A stretch of 64,000 nt of DNA, taken from positions 7,025,919 through 7,089,918 of the forward strand of contig CM082584.2 of the NCBI GenBank assembly GCA_040954595.2, read 5' to 3'. The translations under genes were made by a program, and so were the position numbers. Below the pieces are notes generated by a model. The model saw only the letters and a program-made list of their open reading frames with translations. It had not been told where the DNA came from and searched no databases. This document shows, piece after piece, positions 11,747-25,383 of the stretch (position 1 is the stretch's first letter; each line of letters begins with the position of its first letter). This DNA is from Balanoglossus misakiensis (Eukaryota; Animalia; Hemichordata).

Positions 11747-14700
11747 CTGATCGAAAAAAGGATAGTTGCCGTTAGAGTTGAAAGTGTGAAAGAATGGCGC
11801 TCTCTACCAGTGAATGACCCGCAAAAAAAAAAGTTGTAAAAAGAACTAATTGTGTTGATGGGAGGTGCGGTCGCTCAAAGCAATCTTTAGAATATGCCGA
11901 CATTGATGAGCGACCGTGGTGAAACGTCGGGTTTCAAAGGTTATCCGTCATTGTTATTCTGAAATCATTGCTTTTATATTGTGTACCTTCTGGTCTCGTT
12001 CGCGTACCAGCCAACCAACCAACAAATGACCTTGATGGCTTCACACTGAAAATATCGCACAAACCAGTAATTCTTTTATCTGGTAGAATGTAATGTAATG
12101 TTGAACATTCGCGACTGTGGCATGGCACCTCTGTATTACTGGGGTTTTTTTCTTTTAATTGTGTGTGATTTTGAAGCACTCGTCTTTTGCGTCATTCATG
12201 TCATGCATGTGTTGATCGTGAAGATGCGTTCATAAATTCCCCTAGAATGAAACGCGGTTTCAGCTACTAGTGCATTTTCATATGATCACAATGATATACA
12301 AAGGTAGTATGTAGATTCATTGCAGAACAGTGACACCATATTATACACCCGCATATTAGTAAGGGTAACACGAACTTACTTTTGTATAGTTATGCAATCC
12401 TTGAGCAGTAAGGGCTTCTCCAAACCGTATAACTAGTTCGCGTTATCTCAAAAATTGAAGATCAACACACATTTATGTGCGCCTACTCACAAGCAGAGAC
12501 CGGGGTGTATGAGGTCAGCGACTGCATACAACGGCAGAGTTTCATTCATGAAAAGAAACAGGTTTCTACTTTGGGCTAAAGGGTCAAATCACATTATAAT
12601 AATTGCATTGTGGGTAAAGGTCGACAACACACTGTAACAAGAGTTTGAAGAGAAGATGTGTTAGCTGTCTAAATGTTCAGCCTTTGTAATTTACTAGTAG
12701 TATATACTACTGATGTTGAGCGCCAAGGATTGTCAGATGTAGCGCCCTCGTCATTCATGACACGGTCCCTTTCTTCTTTCACACTGGCGAGATACTGGTA
12801 CATGCAGCTCTTTTTTATCGTGGCGGAATTTTCTGTCGATTTTGGTATCGTGCAAGCAACACATACGATAACAAATAAGTTCTGGCGATTGACTGCAACA
12901 GATCAATCAGACGAGTCGTATGTCGATGACCGACCGACAGACAAACAACACTTACCTCCCGTGGTTTAAATTTACCACTTGTGCTAATAACGCGCAGTTA
13001 AAGCCTATGGATTTGGCATATAGATACCGACCAGATTTGATGAAAGCTGACTAAAATTTGATTTCAGAAAAGTTCTAATGTCAACTAACGTTTTGTATGC
13101 ACTATGTTTAATTTTGCTTTGAACTTTGGGACAGGAAACCACAATTTGGTGAAACTTCCTAACCCATAATGTACAGCCACCCGGACAGGTTCTTCTACAT
13201 ATAGAAATGCATAGCCATATTTTGCGATTCAAAGCTGATTTCTGCAAGCGATTTCGCCACGCAGTCACTTGGGATACATTTGCGTGGGCAATGATTGATA
13301 TTCGGCCGAGCATGTGAAGATCAGTGCCGCATGAAGCACTGATAAAACTTTAATTATTGCTTCAAATTGGATCCTTATCGCGTTTGAATTTGTCTTTGTA
13401 AACGATTAACAGTAACGTAGATTCTCTGCTGGAGGGAGGGAGGGAGGGATTCACGTATGTATACGCACGCGCATGTGCGTGCGCGTGCGCGTATCCTCGG
13501 ACCCATCAACTTCACGTCTATATTTGTTGGGGTGTCAAGAACATTGCTGAGCGGGTAGCATGTACTGCATTCGGATAGGCTGGAAATGAACGATATATGT
13601 GGCTAGGTCAAACGACTCCTTTCCTTACCCTTTTCCTCTATGAACGCCTACGGCGTATTGCCCGGAGAAATGACAGTTGATCAGATAGGGCTGCATGTGG
13701 CGGTGATGATGACTGATGCGTTCCTGATTGTTTGACAAAATGATCGACTACGCCACTAACCGAACCCATTCAACATTTCCGAGTTTTCTAGACATCTGCA
13801 TAAGATTGAGACTCTGACATTTGCCAAGAAAGGAACTTGCGTATTCGGATTAATATTGTGAGAATCACGCCATGATTTAATTCAGGCAGTAAAGTCACAG
13901 TGTGGTGTACAGGTATCTGAAGTCGAGTTTGAAATTGCGGTATATATCAGTCATCAAATGGTCGTAAAATTAAACGCTTTTTTTCAGATGACGTTTTTAG
14001 CCTTCGTGTAGGTGTCGAACAATCGCTGCTGTTGATGACGTAAATGCAGGCCTCGTCAAAATTCACGGGGTTTCCTGCGACCGCAGAGTGACGTCATTAA
14101 TATTACTGCGTGCGTGATCACCTGCGCTTGGGTCGTTCGCATTGTACAATGGTTGGTTCGACGGTCTGCTTATAGGTTCTATGCACGCGCCAAGTCACGA
14201 ACGCCGGGGTTGTAGTTGTTCGTGTCATAGTCATTCGCTATATCCAATGCTCCACGACACCTCGTTGTTGGGTCTTTCAAATAAGGATTCGAACGGATTG
14301 AAATCATTCTCAATGAGCCAATTCTTGCTTTGTGGACAAATTAGGTGGATACGTGTACATTTTCTTGGTATGACCCAATACGTGAGTTCATGTTGGCCTA
14401 CATCGTTTCAGTCTCCCACCAAACCAATATCGACTCTTCAGGGATTCTCTAGAATTGTTGTTTTTCTTATTAATTTACATGTCTGGCCTCTAGGGTTAAC
14501 AGCCAAATTTGAGACCATTTTTATAAATACCACGATAAAACATGTTTCTTAATTAATGTAAGTATAATGTCCAGCCTGCCATATTTAAATGTAGTAATCT
14601 TTAATCAAGCTAAAATGATGTCCAACGCCTCCCAGCTTAAATAGTCATCTTGACATAGATGGGGCTATATGCGTGTCAAGATCACGTCTTCTTCAATGAA

Positions 14701-15410
14701 ATACATGTGTAACAGACCCCTGTTGCATGCTTGGCTGTTCAAGCGAACTAAATCATGAAGCTGTGTCCACTAAGCCGAGGGAGGCGCCCCATACGCCCGG
14801 GACATGTCGCAATAAATGTTTAAAATAAAACAAGATACCCATCAGTAACGTGAGCATTTTCTCTAAACACAGTACAGAAGTCCATGAAAACACGATATCA
14901 AAATCATCACTAGTCCACAAGTAACGAACGGTGACCTTTCTCGGAGAAACAGAATGACGTCCGTGGAAGAAGTTCTTAAATTGTAGAATATGGAAGCTTA
15001 AAAGCAAGAATGACGTCAGCACTGATTAGGGATATTGTAATAAAGTCGGGCCAGCGAAAAGGGTTCTTTGTATGTGGCCGCCGTTTCCCCCGCATGGCTT
15101 TTTAATGTCTCGTCGTGTCCCAGGAAATTCACCGACTCGGTCTCTTCCGTCGTCGCTTCCGTCACCGATTACGTCTTTCGCTTTTCAATACATCTGCGTT
15201 TGAGTTTCTGCAGACACGGCTCGGATTCACGTCCAGAAGTTTTTTTTGTGTGCGTGTCCGAGCCATGGAAAGATTTTTAATCGCCCTTGAGAGTCAAGGC
15301 TGACCTTCAGTCGAAAAATTAAACAAAATGAGGGAAAGTCGTAAGTTTTGTTGTATTTTTTGTAAATGTCGTTCCAGCGAACACTGCTCATGCGCGACTC
15401 GTGTCGACTT

Positions 15411-18081
15411 TTAGCCGTACGTAAAGAGGCTGAGGCCCCCGTTCTTCTCCCTGCAGTACATGCTGTAACAGACCTGACCGTCGGGACAGGTTTTGTCGCT
15501 GCTGCACGTAGTTGTCAGGTAGTTGAGCTCACACAGCCCGCCGATGCAGTAGCCACCGAAGCGATCACAGTCGGAATCAGACGAACAGCCAACCCGAAAA
15601 TACTGCAAAGAAGGGAGAGAGAAAAAAACATATGTTCACTTCAGAATTGTGTCTTTCACAGAATGACGTCAAACTTTGACTGCAGTTTGAAAAACATTGT
15701 TGGCTACACATATAAAGGCCTCTCATGTTAAAAGTGCGGAAAAGACGGCAGTCGAGCTGTAATGTTTATCATTTACATTTCACTGCGATCTGTTTAAATT
15801 TGACTATCCATCCTGAGCCTCCGCTATTTTTGAGATTTTAGTTTTACTTTAACGTTAATTGTCGTGTACATTACAATATTTTTTACTTCCACGTGGCCAG
15901 GCGAGGGCGCTTCTACTGTCAATTTCGGCCATTTATGATGTGATTTCCCAGAAAGCAGAAAAATCAATACAAAATTGAGGCTACATCCTCGTCACTTATT
16001 GAATTATGTTGCGCTGATGCGCTGAAAAATAATGTGACCTTATGCTTTCCGTTTTCGGCTCCTTTATGATATCACTGGTGAAGAATTTTGATTTTTTCGT
16101 TGTCATGGTAACATTATAATAATAAAAAATCTCGAAGGTTACATATTTCCGTCTACCTGAGAACACACGGGAGATGGGATTCCATTCAATTTGAAGTAAT
16201 ATTTGAAAATAATTTCGAAAGTTATCCTTTATAAACAAGCAAACGACCAAAAAAAAATAAACAAAGCTTTTAGTCACAAATATAAACACAAACAGCTCAT
16301 TATTGATTCTTCACTGAAATATACAGAAATCATAGTCCCCTGTGGCGATAACTGTCACAATGAATAAATATTACGTCACCAGTACGTCATGTGGGTCGGC
16401 ATGAGACGTCCAACGTGTACCCTGACTCAAAGCTACAAATCTCAATTCATAAAACGCTGGCTCCTTTTGAAAGCAAAGTTGGTACCGTTATAATCTTCTA
16501 AAATATGCCAGATACGTATGTATTCCACGTCTGTGTCAAACAAGTAAGCAGCCGGTATGCAAACATGAAATATCCGTCAGTTTTCACTGAAATGTGTTTT
16601 GAGAGCTATTTATAACATGCAATATCGTTTTTGGTACATGTATCGTTATAGAGACCATTTGCGTCATAGGAAGAAGATCTCTTCTGCGAATATTGTCATA
16701 TTCACGTGAAAACGGTAAAGTTAATGTGCATTTCTAAGTTTGTTGGTCGTGCCAGGTGGATCTCGCTTTCGTGTCAACTTTCGGCCGACTTTGAACGTTG
16801 CCGACTTTGTTTGACAACACGACACATCGGCAGCTGTATCTGTCGCGTCTAATATTCACCTGCATTATATATTTTACACTCGATTTTTTATTGCAGTTCT
16901 TTTTATAACTCACGAAACAGTTTCGAAGACGGAAACCATTTTGTGAGGCGGGTGATTTGTTTGCTTTTTCTCGGGATGAGCAAGTACGCGTTATTCAAAC
17001 GGGTGCGGTTCAACTTGAAATGGGCCATTTTCCGATTTCTACGAGGTCCTGTGAGATCTCGCGTTATTAAAGAAGGCGTTCTCGTGTGGCAAACAACACA
17101 TGGCCCTTCGTGTCAAACGGCACAAAAGTTACAATTTTGTAAAATTCTGCTCCTCTTGTAGTTTATTACAAAGCTTTACTTGAATTACTTGGCAGCCCAG
17201 CAGCCCACTGCTACGGTTATTCATTAAGTCTCGCGAGATCTCGCAATGAGCGGAAAGTAGTCTATTACTTCTGTGGCTCCTGGAGTGTGACCTCAGAAGC
17301 CTCTAGGCTCCCAGGTCATGAAAAGTCAACTTTATAAAGAGTATTCGTGCGGTCACTCACTCCACGTGTCGGAACGGTAACAAGTGCGTAATGAGAAAAA
17401 ACTCACCATGTTCTCCTCTGCAAAACGTAAAGAATCGCTCGGCATTTGTTTTTTTCAACAGAGCCCATTTGTGAGCTTAGTAATCAGCATTGATGAATAA
17501 CAATGGCCGTCACTCATGCACGTGCTTTGTTGAAAAACTAACGGCTGAACGTTTTACGAAGCTATTCACAATAGAACAATAAAACGGTGTTGATACATGG
17601 TAGAAACATACTGAAAAAATGGCCAAAAAGTTATATAGTTACTGGGGCTTTAAATTTACCAAATTACCAAATAATTGAAAGGTTTGGAGGACGATCATTT
17701 TTATCTGAAAATTTGTCCCCGAGGCGCATGACTACCTCAATACTCAAACAGTTCTGGACTGCGTTGAAGACTTGTGATCTGGTACTACATTTTATTTTAG
17801 GAGCATGCTCGAGTCAAGTCAACAGTGCAGATATCGCAAATGAAAATACTCTGCATCGCGTTTCAAATCTTTCCAAGCCATAAAGTATCACTTCTGAGGG
17901 GGGGGGGGGTGGCGACGCGGATATCGCAATTCCATCATGCACGATCATGGCCTTGTGATTTATGAATAGGGATTCATTGACAAGAACAACGTATGATTAT
18001 ACTCACCGGAAAACAAAAGACCTGTGTGATTTGTATCAGGACGAGGAGGCACAGAATTGACGTTGGTTTAAAAGTTCCCAT
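15411..18081 (-). CDS. Small secreted cysteine-rich protein, paralog B (88 aa, 2 coding exons: 18007-18081 and 15411-15602)
   Basis: Exon 1 encodes MGTFKPTSILCLLVLIQITQVFC-FP (signal peptide) and ends at GTGAGT (phase 0). Exon 2 follows the acceptor ccttctttgcag and reads YFRVGCSSDSDCDRFGGYCIGGLCELNYLTTTCSSDKTCPDGQVCYSMYCREKNGGLSLFTYG*. Intron position, phase and 8-Cys pattern match paralog A. Confidence 0.88.
17019..17266. mobile_element. Degenerate foldback/MITE with ~38-bp imperfect terminal inverted repeats
   Basis: The left end aatgggccattttccgatttctacgaggtcctgtgaga aligns with the reverse complement of the right end, aatagactactttccgctcattgcgagatctcgcgaga; mismatches are mostly transitions. 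Confidence 0.5.
17675..17740. mobile_element. Second fragment of the 6400-6685 MITE family
   Basis: ttgaaaggtttggaggacgatcatttttatctgaaaatttgtccccgaggcgcatgactacctcaa is homologous to 6624-6685. Confidence 0.55.
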
Positions 18082-18196
18082 TGCTAATAATCGTTGTGTC
18101 TTGTACTGTCGCTGCTGGGTCTGGCGAACACTAAGATGAAAGCAGGTCTGCGGCGGTGGAACGGTGAATGATAGCCATACTCGGGCCGCCCGCCGC

Positions 18197-18301
18197 TTTT
18201 AAACCCACCGCTTGTTGATTAGCCGCCGAACAAACACGGCATTAATATTGACAGGTTCTAAAATAGCCGTAACGTTTCCTTAAACACCGAGCGTGACGTC
18301 A
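18197..18301 (-). promoter_or_regulatory. Proximal promoter of paralog B: TATA-like TTTAAAA (18197-18203) and perfect CRE TGACGTCA (18294-18301)
   Basis: Motifs lie about 120 and 215 nt upstream of the ATG at 18081. Confidence 0.4.
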
Positions 18302-21300
18302 CCGGTCCCTGTATGCTGAGCGAAACGGAATAGGGTACCTCTAATTAAATTTAAACTGTAAGCGCCTATCAAAATGAAAGCACGGGCCTTCCTGTGATCG
18401 GTGGCGAGTGCGCAGCCGCAGAAGTGGTGAGCGACAAGGGCCTGGAAGCACGATTTTTTCCAGAACAGGCCAGAATCACCAGTCGACAACAGCAAACGAT
18501 GAGAATAGTCGCGGAAATTGTGTCGATTTTGATGTTGAAGAGTAAATTTTACCACATAATAACATTGAGTTTAATGCACAAACGAATACGTGAATAATAA
18601 CCTTCACTTGGAATTTCACTCAAACTGAAAATATATTCATTAGCAATTTTCATGAAAGTAGATGTTTTGAAAACTAAAAACATTGCCAAAATTTCGTTGA
18701 ATTTTGGAAATTAACTACACAAAAAGTCTGACGTGACTATTCTTCCTCGTGTAGGCATGTTATGTTGACTAACATTTATTTCCCCGACGACAACTGGCTG
18801 CTTATTTTTAATCTTAAATTGTAAAGTCGAAATTTTAGTTTTAAGATCGTAGCCGGATATCGCCAGAAACTCAATTATATTTTGTTGTTTTTGAATTAGG
18901 CTTGCATTCAGTTCCTTGTTAACCTGTTCGCGCAGTGTGTCAATCCGATCCGTCGATCATAAACCATTTCGTCATTTCGTCTCGCCAACCTGAGAAGTTT
19001 ATATTAAATAAATATTACAAAAGCAACATTCGGCCCATTTTTCGACCGAATGATCGGAAAATAAAGTACTTAAAACCCGACGACAAAAACTGACCTTTCA
19101 TATCATATGACGTCATCACTTGGGGACGAATTAAAATTTTTTTTAGGAGTTCAAAATACACTTAGTGGTCACTAAGATATTAAAAACAGATAAATGAAGA
19201 GACCGCGTTGAGTTTGTGATGACGTCACGGGGGTATGCAAGGATTAAAGTTACAACGAATTTTTAAAGGTACTTGTGACATTTCGCGTGGGTTTTTCAAG
19301 CAAAATTCCGAGAAATTTTTTTTCCAAACAAACTATCTCTGTTTTCCTTTTCTTTCAAGAGTTGACAACACGCCCCCAATAATGCGAGTCTGTAGAGCCG
19401 TTGTCTCTTACCGCGAATCGATCGTTTAAACACAATCATACAGAACATACCGTTAATGTTAACGTTCTCAAGATACCTGCGATTAAAAGTATTTTCTCAC
19501 GAATCCCGTAAGCCTCCCTAATAACTTTCTGTTTTCTGTCTCAACTAAAGTTTTGCGATAGTTCATTCGTCTTCATGGGACGATGTCTTCGATACAGAAT
19601 GCCCATGGATGATTTCACGTATCTCTGACGTCAGCAGAAATATGCATGCGTAATTTTGCTTACTGACAAAATTTATTTGTCACGGGATGTCAACTAATTA
19701 TCTTACACCCACGCCATAAGTTAATTTTCCGTCGGACGTGTTTTGTTCCGGTACGTTACCTCGGTAACTAAGATAAAGATATGAAAACTTCATATAAGTA
19801 AATTAGTCAGCTCAGTTGTGATAATTTTTCAGATAAATCAAAACTGTAACAATACACAAGACTACCACTACCACGGTAGAAGTCTTAGTGTGATCACGGA
19901 TTTTTGCAACACCTGGTCGCGAGAAATACCAACGATCACGGCTTGCGTCATTTCAAGTGGCTCTAAACGGCATTTTCTTCAATTTTACCGGTTAATTTCT
20001 TTGATCCTCGCAGTTCTAAACTGAAGAATACAGAAGAGCCGGATACGTAAAGCCGATCCCTTATCGTTGACAAATAAACGCGCGTGCCGACCAAATTTGC
20101 TCCTATTTTTGAACTGTCAATACGTGTCACTAAAATGACCCAATCTGCGGATCAAACAATGGAAGACTGACAGTGTTTGTTCACGTCTTCGTACTGCCAA
20201 GGTTCAACAATTCACGTTCATGTCGCCTTTGAACGGATCAGTTTGGCCTTACGTTGCACCCTGACCTACCAATGTGAATTGCCAAGTTTAGGTTTAGCAA
20301 GAATGAGATGATAATGTCTTGTTCTACGTTTTTCGGATTGTGATTGATATTCATAAAGAATATTTCCCATCAAATGTCTTAAAACCAATGCGTATGGCAA
20401 GTACATCTGCCCACAAAATATATACGATTCATGTGTCGCCATTTTCGTTCTGCGCGACTTTTGTTACACCGCGCATTAATCCAAGAAGCGACAGTCTTCC
20501 ATCATAGTGACGTGGCAGAACGGATGGCATTGGCTGAAAAAAAGGTCGATCGATCAACAGCGGATTCGCCTTAATCCGCTCTAATCAAGTTTCTAATTGG
20601 TGGTTTTACGCGTACTTGGGACGCAATTAAGACTTGCCTTTGGGGTCCTCCAAGCCTGAATGGAAGCTGAGAATAGATCAATATCTCAAATGTCAAGAGT
20701 TTAACTTTAGTGCCACACATCGTTTAGACACCATTCTGTGAGAGATTAGTCATCAAGACAGGCTGAATTTTAAGTCGTGCTAGACTCGTTTATATTTGGT
20801 TCTGGTTTCAACCCTTTCGATTTTTTTCAGTCTTCAAAAATCCGTCCACTGCTCTGCGGTTGAAAGAGAGGTTTCCCTCGGTAGAGGGCGTTGAAATAAT
20901 TGTATTATCATGGCTGTCACGATGCGGATCCTTGACCAGCTTGAGATTAATCATTCACTCGAGTGAGATCGATAGTAATTAGTACGCTGCACGTACTATA
21001 AGTAAACTTTCTTTCCTCTGAAAATGACTTTCTTGAATAGCCTAACCAAGGCGCGAAATTTCCGCAGGAATCAAAATATACAGTTATGACATTGAAAAAT
21101 CAGAAAAATTCGTAGTGTTGCCCAGTTGATGGGGCGTATTTGGTCAACAAATAAGACACTTCGTCTAAAGTTGTCATCTTTTCAGGAACAACATCAAAAT
21201 AAACACCGTGTCGTCACGGCGGTTCTGCGACACACAAGGTCTACATCTTATTAGGAGATGTGTCACGTTCCGATCTCGTGGGATTTCCAAAAGAACTTCG

Positions 21301-24271
21301 TTTTCAGCAGAACTCAACCGGAAACAGACGATCCCAATGGACGTCACTGATTGGCCTGGAAGCGTGAAGAAAATTCGTTGGTAATGACTGATATTTGTAC
21401 CGGTACTGTCTAGTCTGGATGACAGGACAACACATGAAGATGTGTTTCAATGACAGCTCAAAGGCTTTCGGTATCTTTAGACTACCAGCCTATAGCAATA
21501 CAATATAACGTTTTTCTGGCAGACGACACAGAATAAAAATGTGTCATTTGTGAAACGTATCCCACTTGGTGTAGATGATTCATCAACAGTCATACGCGAC
21601 GGGGGGGGAACTACATTGCCGCATGCTCAGCTAAAAAAGTCATTTTGTGACCGGACAAATTGAGACTAATTGTCGAAAGCGTCTGCGTTTGATTCAATCC
21701 ATTACACCCTGGCTTCAGTCGTTTGTTAGAAACCCTGACGCTAATTTTTATGAGCACCGTTTCCCTGGAGTGAGACACAATGAATCAATGGAGTGTGTCA
21801 CGTGTGAAGGTCTACTCCATTAACTGGAGATTTGGGATGACAATGAAAACGCGGATGTTGACTTTTGCCATTTAGAAGGATCCTGTAGTGAGTATGTCTG
21901 CGGCATATTTCCCAGAATCCAATTCACCTGGGACCCACGGGCGTTTTGACAAAGCACAATTATGTCCGATCGCTATTAAGACGCCCTCCCATACAAACCT
22001 GGAGAGACGCTTGAACAATACGTGCACGCAAGCGCAGGCGAAAATGAGATAGAAAATAAAATGCTGCAGTAACGCCACCATTATGATCGATATGGAGGAA
22101 AGTACATGTTCTGGTCTATGAGCTTTGCGATTGCTATACATCTTTCATGAATTCGCAAAGGTCGTTCGTCGTTTCAACTGAACACATCGCTTCGGGCGGA
22201 ATACTAAAAATCGTGACCAGTAGATTTTTTCCGTTTCCTTTCCAGTGAAATGCAACGGCAATTACTGTTTAAAAGAGCGCTGACATGATCAATGAAAACA
22301 AAATTAGCTCATAATTGACAAGTGACGTTTCACTTTGTACAATAGAATGAAATAGAAAGGACAACAACTTGAAAGTCAGTATCGTAGCACCTGAGGGCGC
22401 TATCTCCGATAAAATTGAAGGAACAAGTTATCCTCGTGTCGGCGAGTGCGTGGTTGTGGGTGAAAAGAATCTCATTATTTCTACCCGTTGGATAAAAAAA
22501 CACATACGAGTAAACTACCTGATTTGATAAATTTGGCAGTGATTATTATGTCAGTGTAAGATGCTTGTCTACCTGGCCAGTTTATAGGGAGGGAAATATT
22601 CGATGGAGAAACATGTTGACGGAAATTAAATTGTTTGCGCTCCATTCGTACAAATTCTCATCAGTTTCAACAAGACTCCTTGTAAACTGGTGTAATATTA
22701 ACTTTAGGGCGATATAATTGCATTCTGGGTGTCATGTCTTCCTGAGTAGTTAAGCAGCTAGGCCAGGGAACGGACTTGTGTAATAATGATCCATGATTTT
22801 TTTATATTGATGTAACGGACATTGCTAGCATTGTTCTGCTCAAAAGGACGTTAAACTAAGGTGAGTTAGTGTTTGGTTTGGTACGCAAAAGCGCCATGGT
22901 AACACCACTGTGAACGACCCCGGTACCTCAAAGGTCGTTGATAAAGTCATACGTCCCCCGCACGGTAGCGACTTAGCGGTAATCCCGGCGACATGAGATT
23001 TGATCCGCACCCCGTCAGTCAGCCCTTCATTTGTGCCAAGGCGATGAAAAGGGACACATAATTTTCATGTAAATTAATTTCATATAAGGACAAAAGAAGT
23101 GACGTTTCCTTTCTTGTCTGTAAGGTGGGCACGTCATTCTTATTTGAGTAAACAGTGCAAAGTCATCTTATTACAGCGTTTGCGAAATAGCTGTGAGAGA
23201 TATTACGTTACTCTTACATGCATGTAGGACTTTAATACCGTTCATTTTCACGATTCTAATTTTAAAATAAAATCAGTTCAAACAGGTGTATTCACTCAGG
23301 GATGTGTGTATAAGTATCACTGACCATTGAATGTGAACTCATTTGCAAGTTCAAATTTGCTCAATTTTACAATTAAATATATCAGCATTGACATTACATG
23401 TTTGAGAATAATTGTATGGCATCGTAATCCAATAATCAATTGCTATATTATACGTGACCGATTTGTTCGACAAAAACGACTAAAATGTCTAGGATTTTTG
23501 GTATTTCTCAGGCTGGGCTACGTATGTTTCTAAAATGTGTCATTTGAAGCAATGGCAGTCTTTCATAATAACTAATAAATATGTAAAGAGATTAAAATCG
23601 GAAGTACAAAGGCCGAATACGTAGGCGAATATTAATTACAAAGCCCTCCACTCATGATTATAATGGATGGCACTCTGTCGTCTTGTAAATCAATGACATG
23701 AGATAAAATGTTAACAGTATGCCCGACAAACCCACTTTAGGATTTATGTCACTGTATGGGTTTAATATGGCTTCGTTTTAATAGGCTTGGGCCCGGGAAT
23801 ATTTAAATTTAAGTTTCAATTCGGAGCGAAAATATATCTAGTGAAAGTTCTATCAGGTTAAAATTGACTCGTATAAAATAAGTAGACTAGCCATTACGAA
23901 ATCACATACTTTTATGAATATATATTCTTTCATGAATAATAGATGCGCGTTTATTTTCCATTTTTTATCATTTTATTTTGTGTATGCGTGAAATCGAGCA
24001 GACGTGCCTTGTAAAATTCTCGATTGCTATTCTTTCATTTGTGCTTGTCACTGTAAATCAAATATCCTCACATTTTGAACGAACCCTGGAGATAAATGGC
24101 TGGATCGATATTTATGTCACCAATGGCTTGCCTCTCTTTAATTTCGTGTGTTTTTTATCTCCATCGATCGCCCGTAGAACCTTGACCCATTTCTGAGTAG
24201 TCATGATGGAGACAAATCAAAATATGTCGGTCGGTCGGATGCAAGATACCGTGTTTTTTTAATATTCTGGT

Positions 24272-24303
24272 CGCCGCCATTTTATTCCTGACTTCCTACT
24301 TCC
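24272..24303. promoter_or_regulatory. Housekeeping-type core promoter motifs: YY1 (CGCCGCCATTTT) next to two ETS cores (ACTTCC)
   Basis: tcgccgccatttttattcctgacttcctacttccg, about 1.1 kb upstream of the CUB-gene ATG. Confidence 0.35.
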
Positions 24304-25383
24304 GCGTTCAAGTTTGGTTCCGGAACCATTGCTGGAAGTGAACGATGCATTTCATCCACCGTGCATTCGTTCGTTAAGCAAGTCAATACAGCCCGGCCCC
24401 AAATGCTGGAAAACATGAATTTTGTTGAACTTGTTTGCCGCGGGCCCCGACGCCTTTAGGTGACTGGGTCTTTTTAGTCCTAATAGATAGCCCTGTCGCT
24501 GTGGCATCATAGGTAATGGGGTCCCTAGCAACCACTGGCTACTACAGTGCTGATGATAGCAACCTTTAAAATGCAGAACAGACCGTTTTTTTTATCTGCA
24601 GAAGCAGTCCCAAAGTTTCGGATTCGTAACTCATGTAATATTTTTTGTCATACATCCAAAAAATTGCGTGTTTTTCTCTGAAATACTTGTTTATCTTCTG
24701 ATGTGTTTCATGGAGTTATTTTGATCATTACTGATATCTGGTTAACGTTGTGTGAAAGCGTGTGTTCCCCGGCAGTTTTTGTCGATTCGGTAGTATTATT
24801 CGTTGGACTACATACGAATAGGCTTTGGCGGGGAAGCACATTTTAGGGCTGAATTTTTATGGGGGACCTGCTGTCAGTCAGGACAGTTCATGCCATACAT
24901 TCTTTAGTTGACAACGCGACTGGGTCAAGAGCTTTACAATCTTCTGAATTCTCCATGTAGCCATTGGACCTAGTGTCCGATTTTTGCACCGAGAAAAGAA
25001 AATACAAAAAGTCAAATTTTACTGAATTGTTTTATTTTGATGACAGAAGTGCGACCTGTGTTTTGCGTCTGTAAGATTGCTTGAGTGGGGTTCAAGGAGC
25101 TCCTTGACGACGTTTTTGGAGCTCTGGAGTGTCCGGTCGGGCGTTTACTGAACCGTGGAACTCCTTATCAGAGAACCAATTTATTAGAAGGGTCATATAT
25201 GCGTCGGGGCATCTGTATGTGTGGGTTGTTGAGTCTCTGACCACACCTTACTCTGGCCTGAGTTTTAATTGCGAGGTGCTCAGGAAAGGTGCGGCCGAGC
25301 GTGTGAGAGAAAAAAAAAGTGACCGCGGCTTCATTTTGTTACCTGGCAGGAGACACCACGCAAGTGATGCGCAGACGGTGACG

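Noticed and set aside
11868-11916. 10-bp perfect inverted repeat (cggtcgctca / tgagcgaccg) just upstream of the SDR acceptor
   Set aside because: Too short and isolated to call an ncRNA or regulatory hairpin.
17407-17417. 11-nt candidate microexon (ttttgcag-AGGAGAACATG-gtgagt) in the paralog B intron
   Set aside because: It would shift the frame. Direct exon 1-exon 2 joining is in frame and matches paralog A, and it lies among transposon-like remnants.
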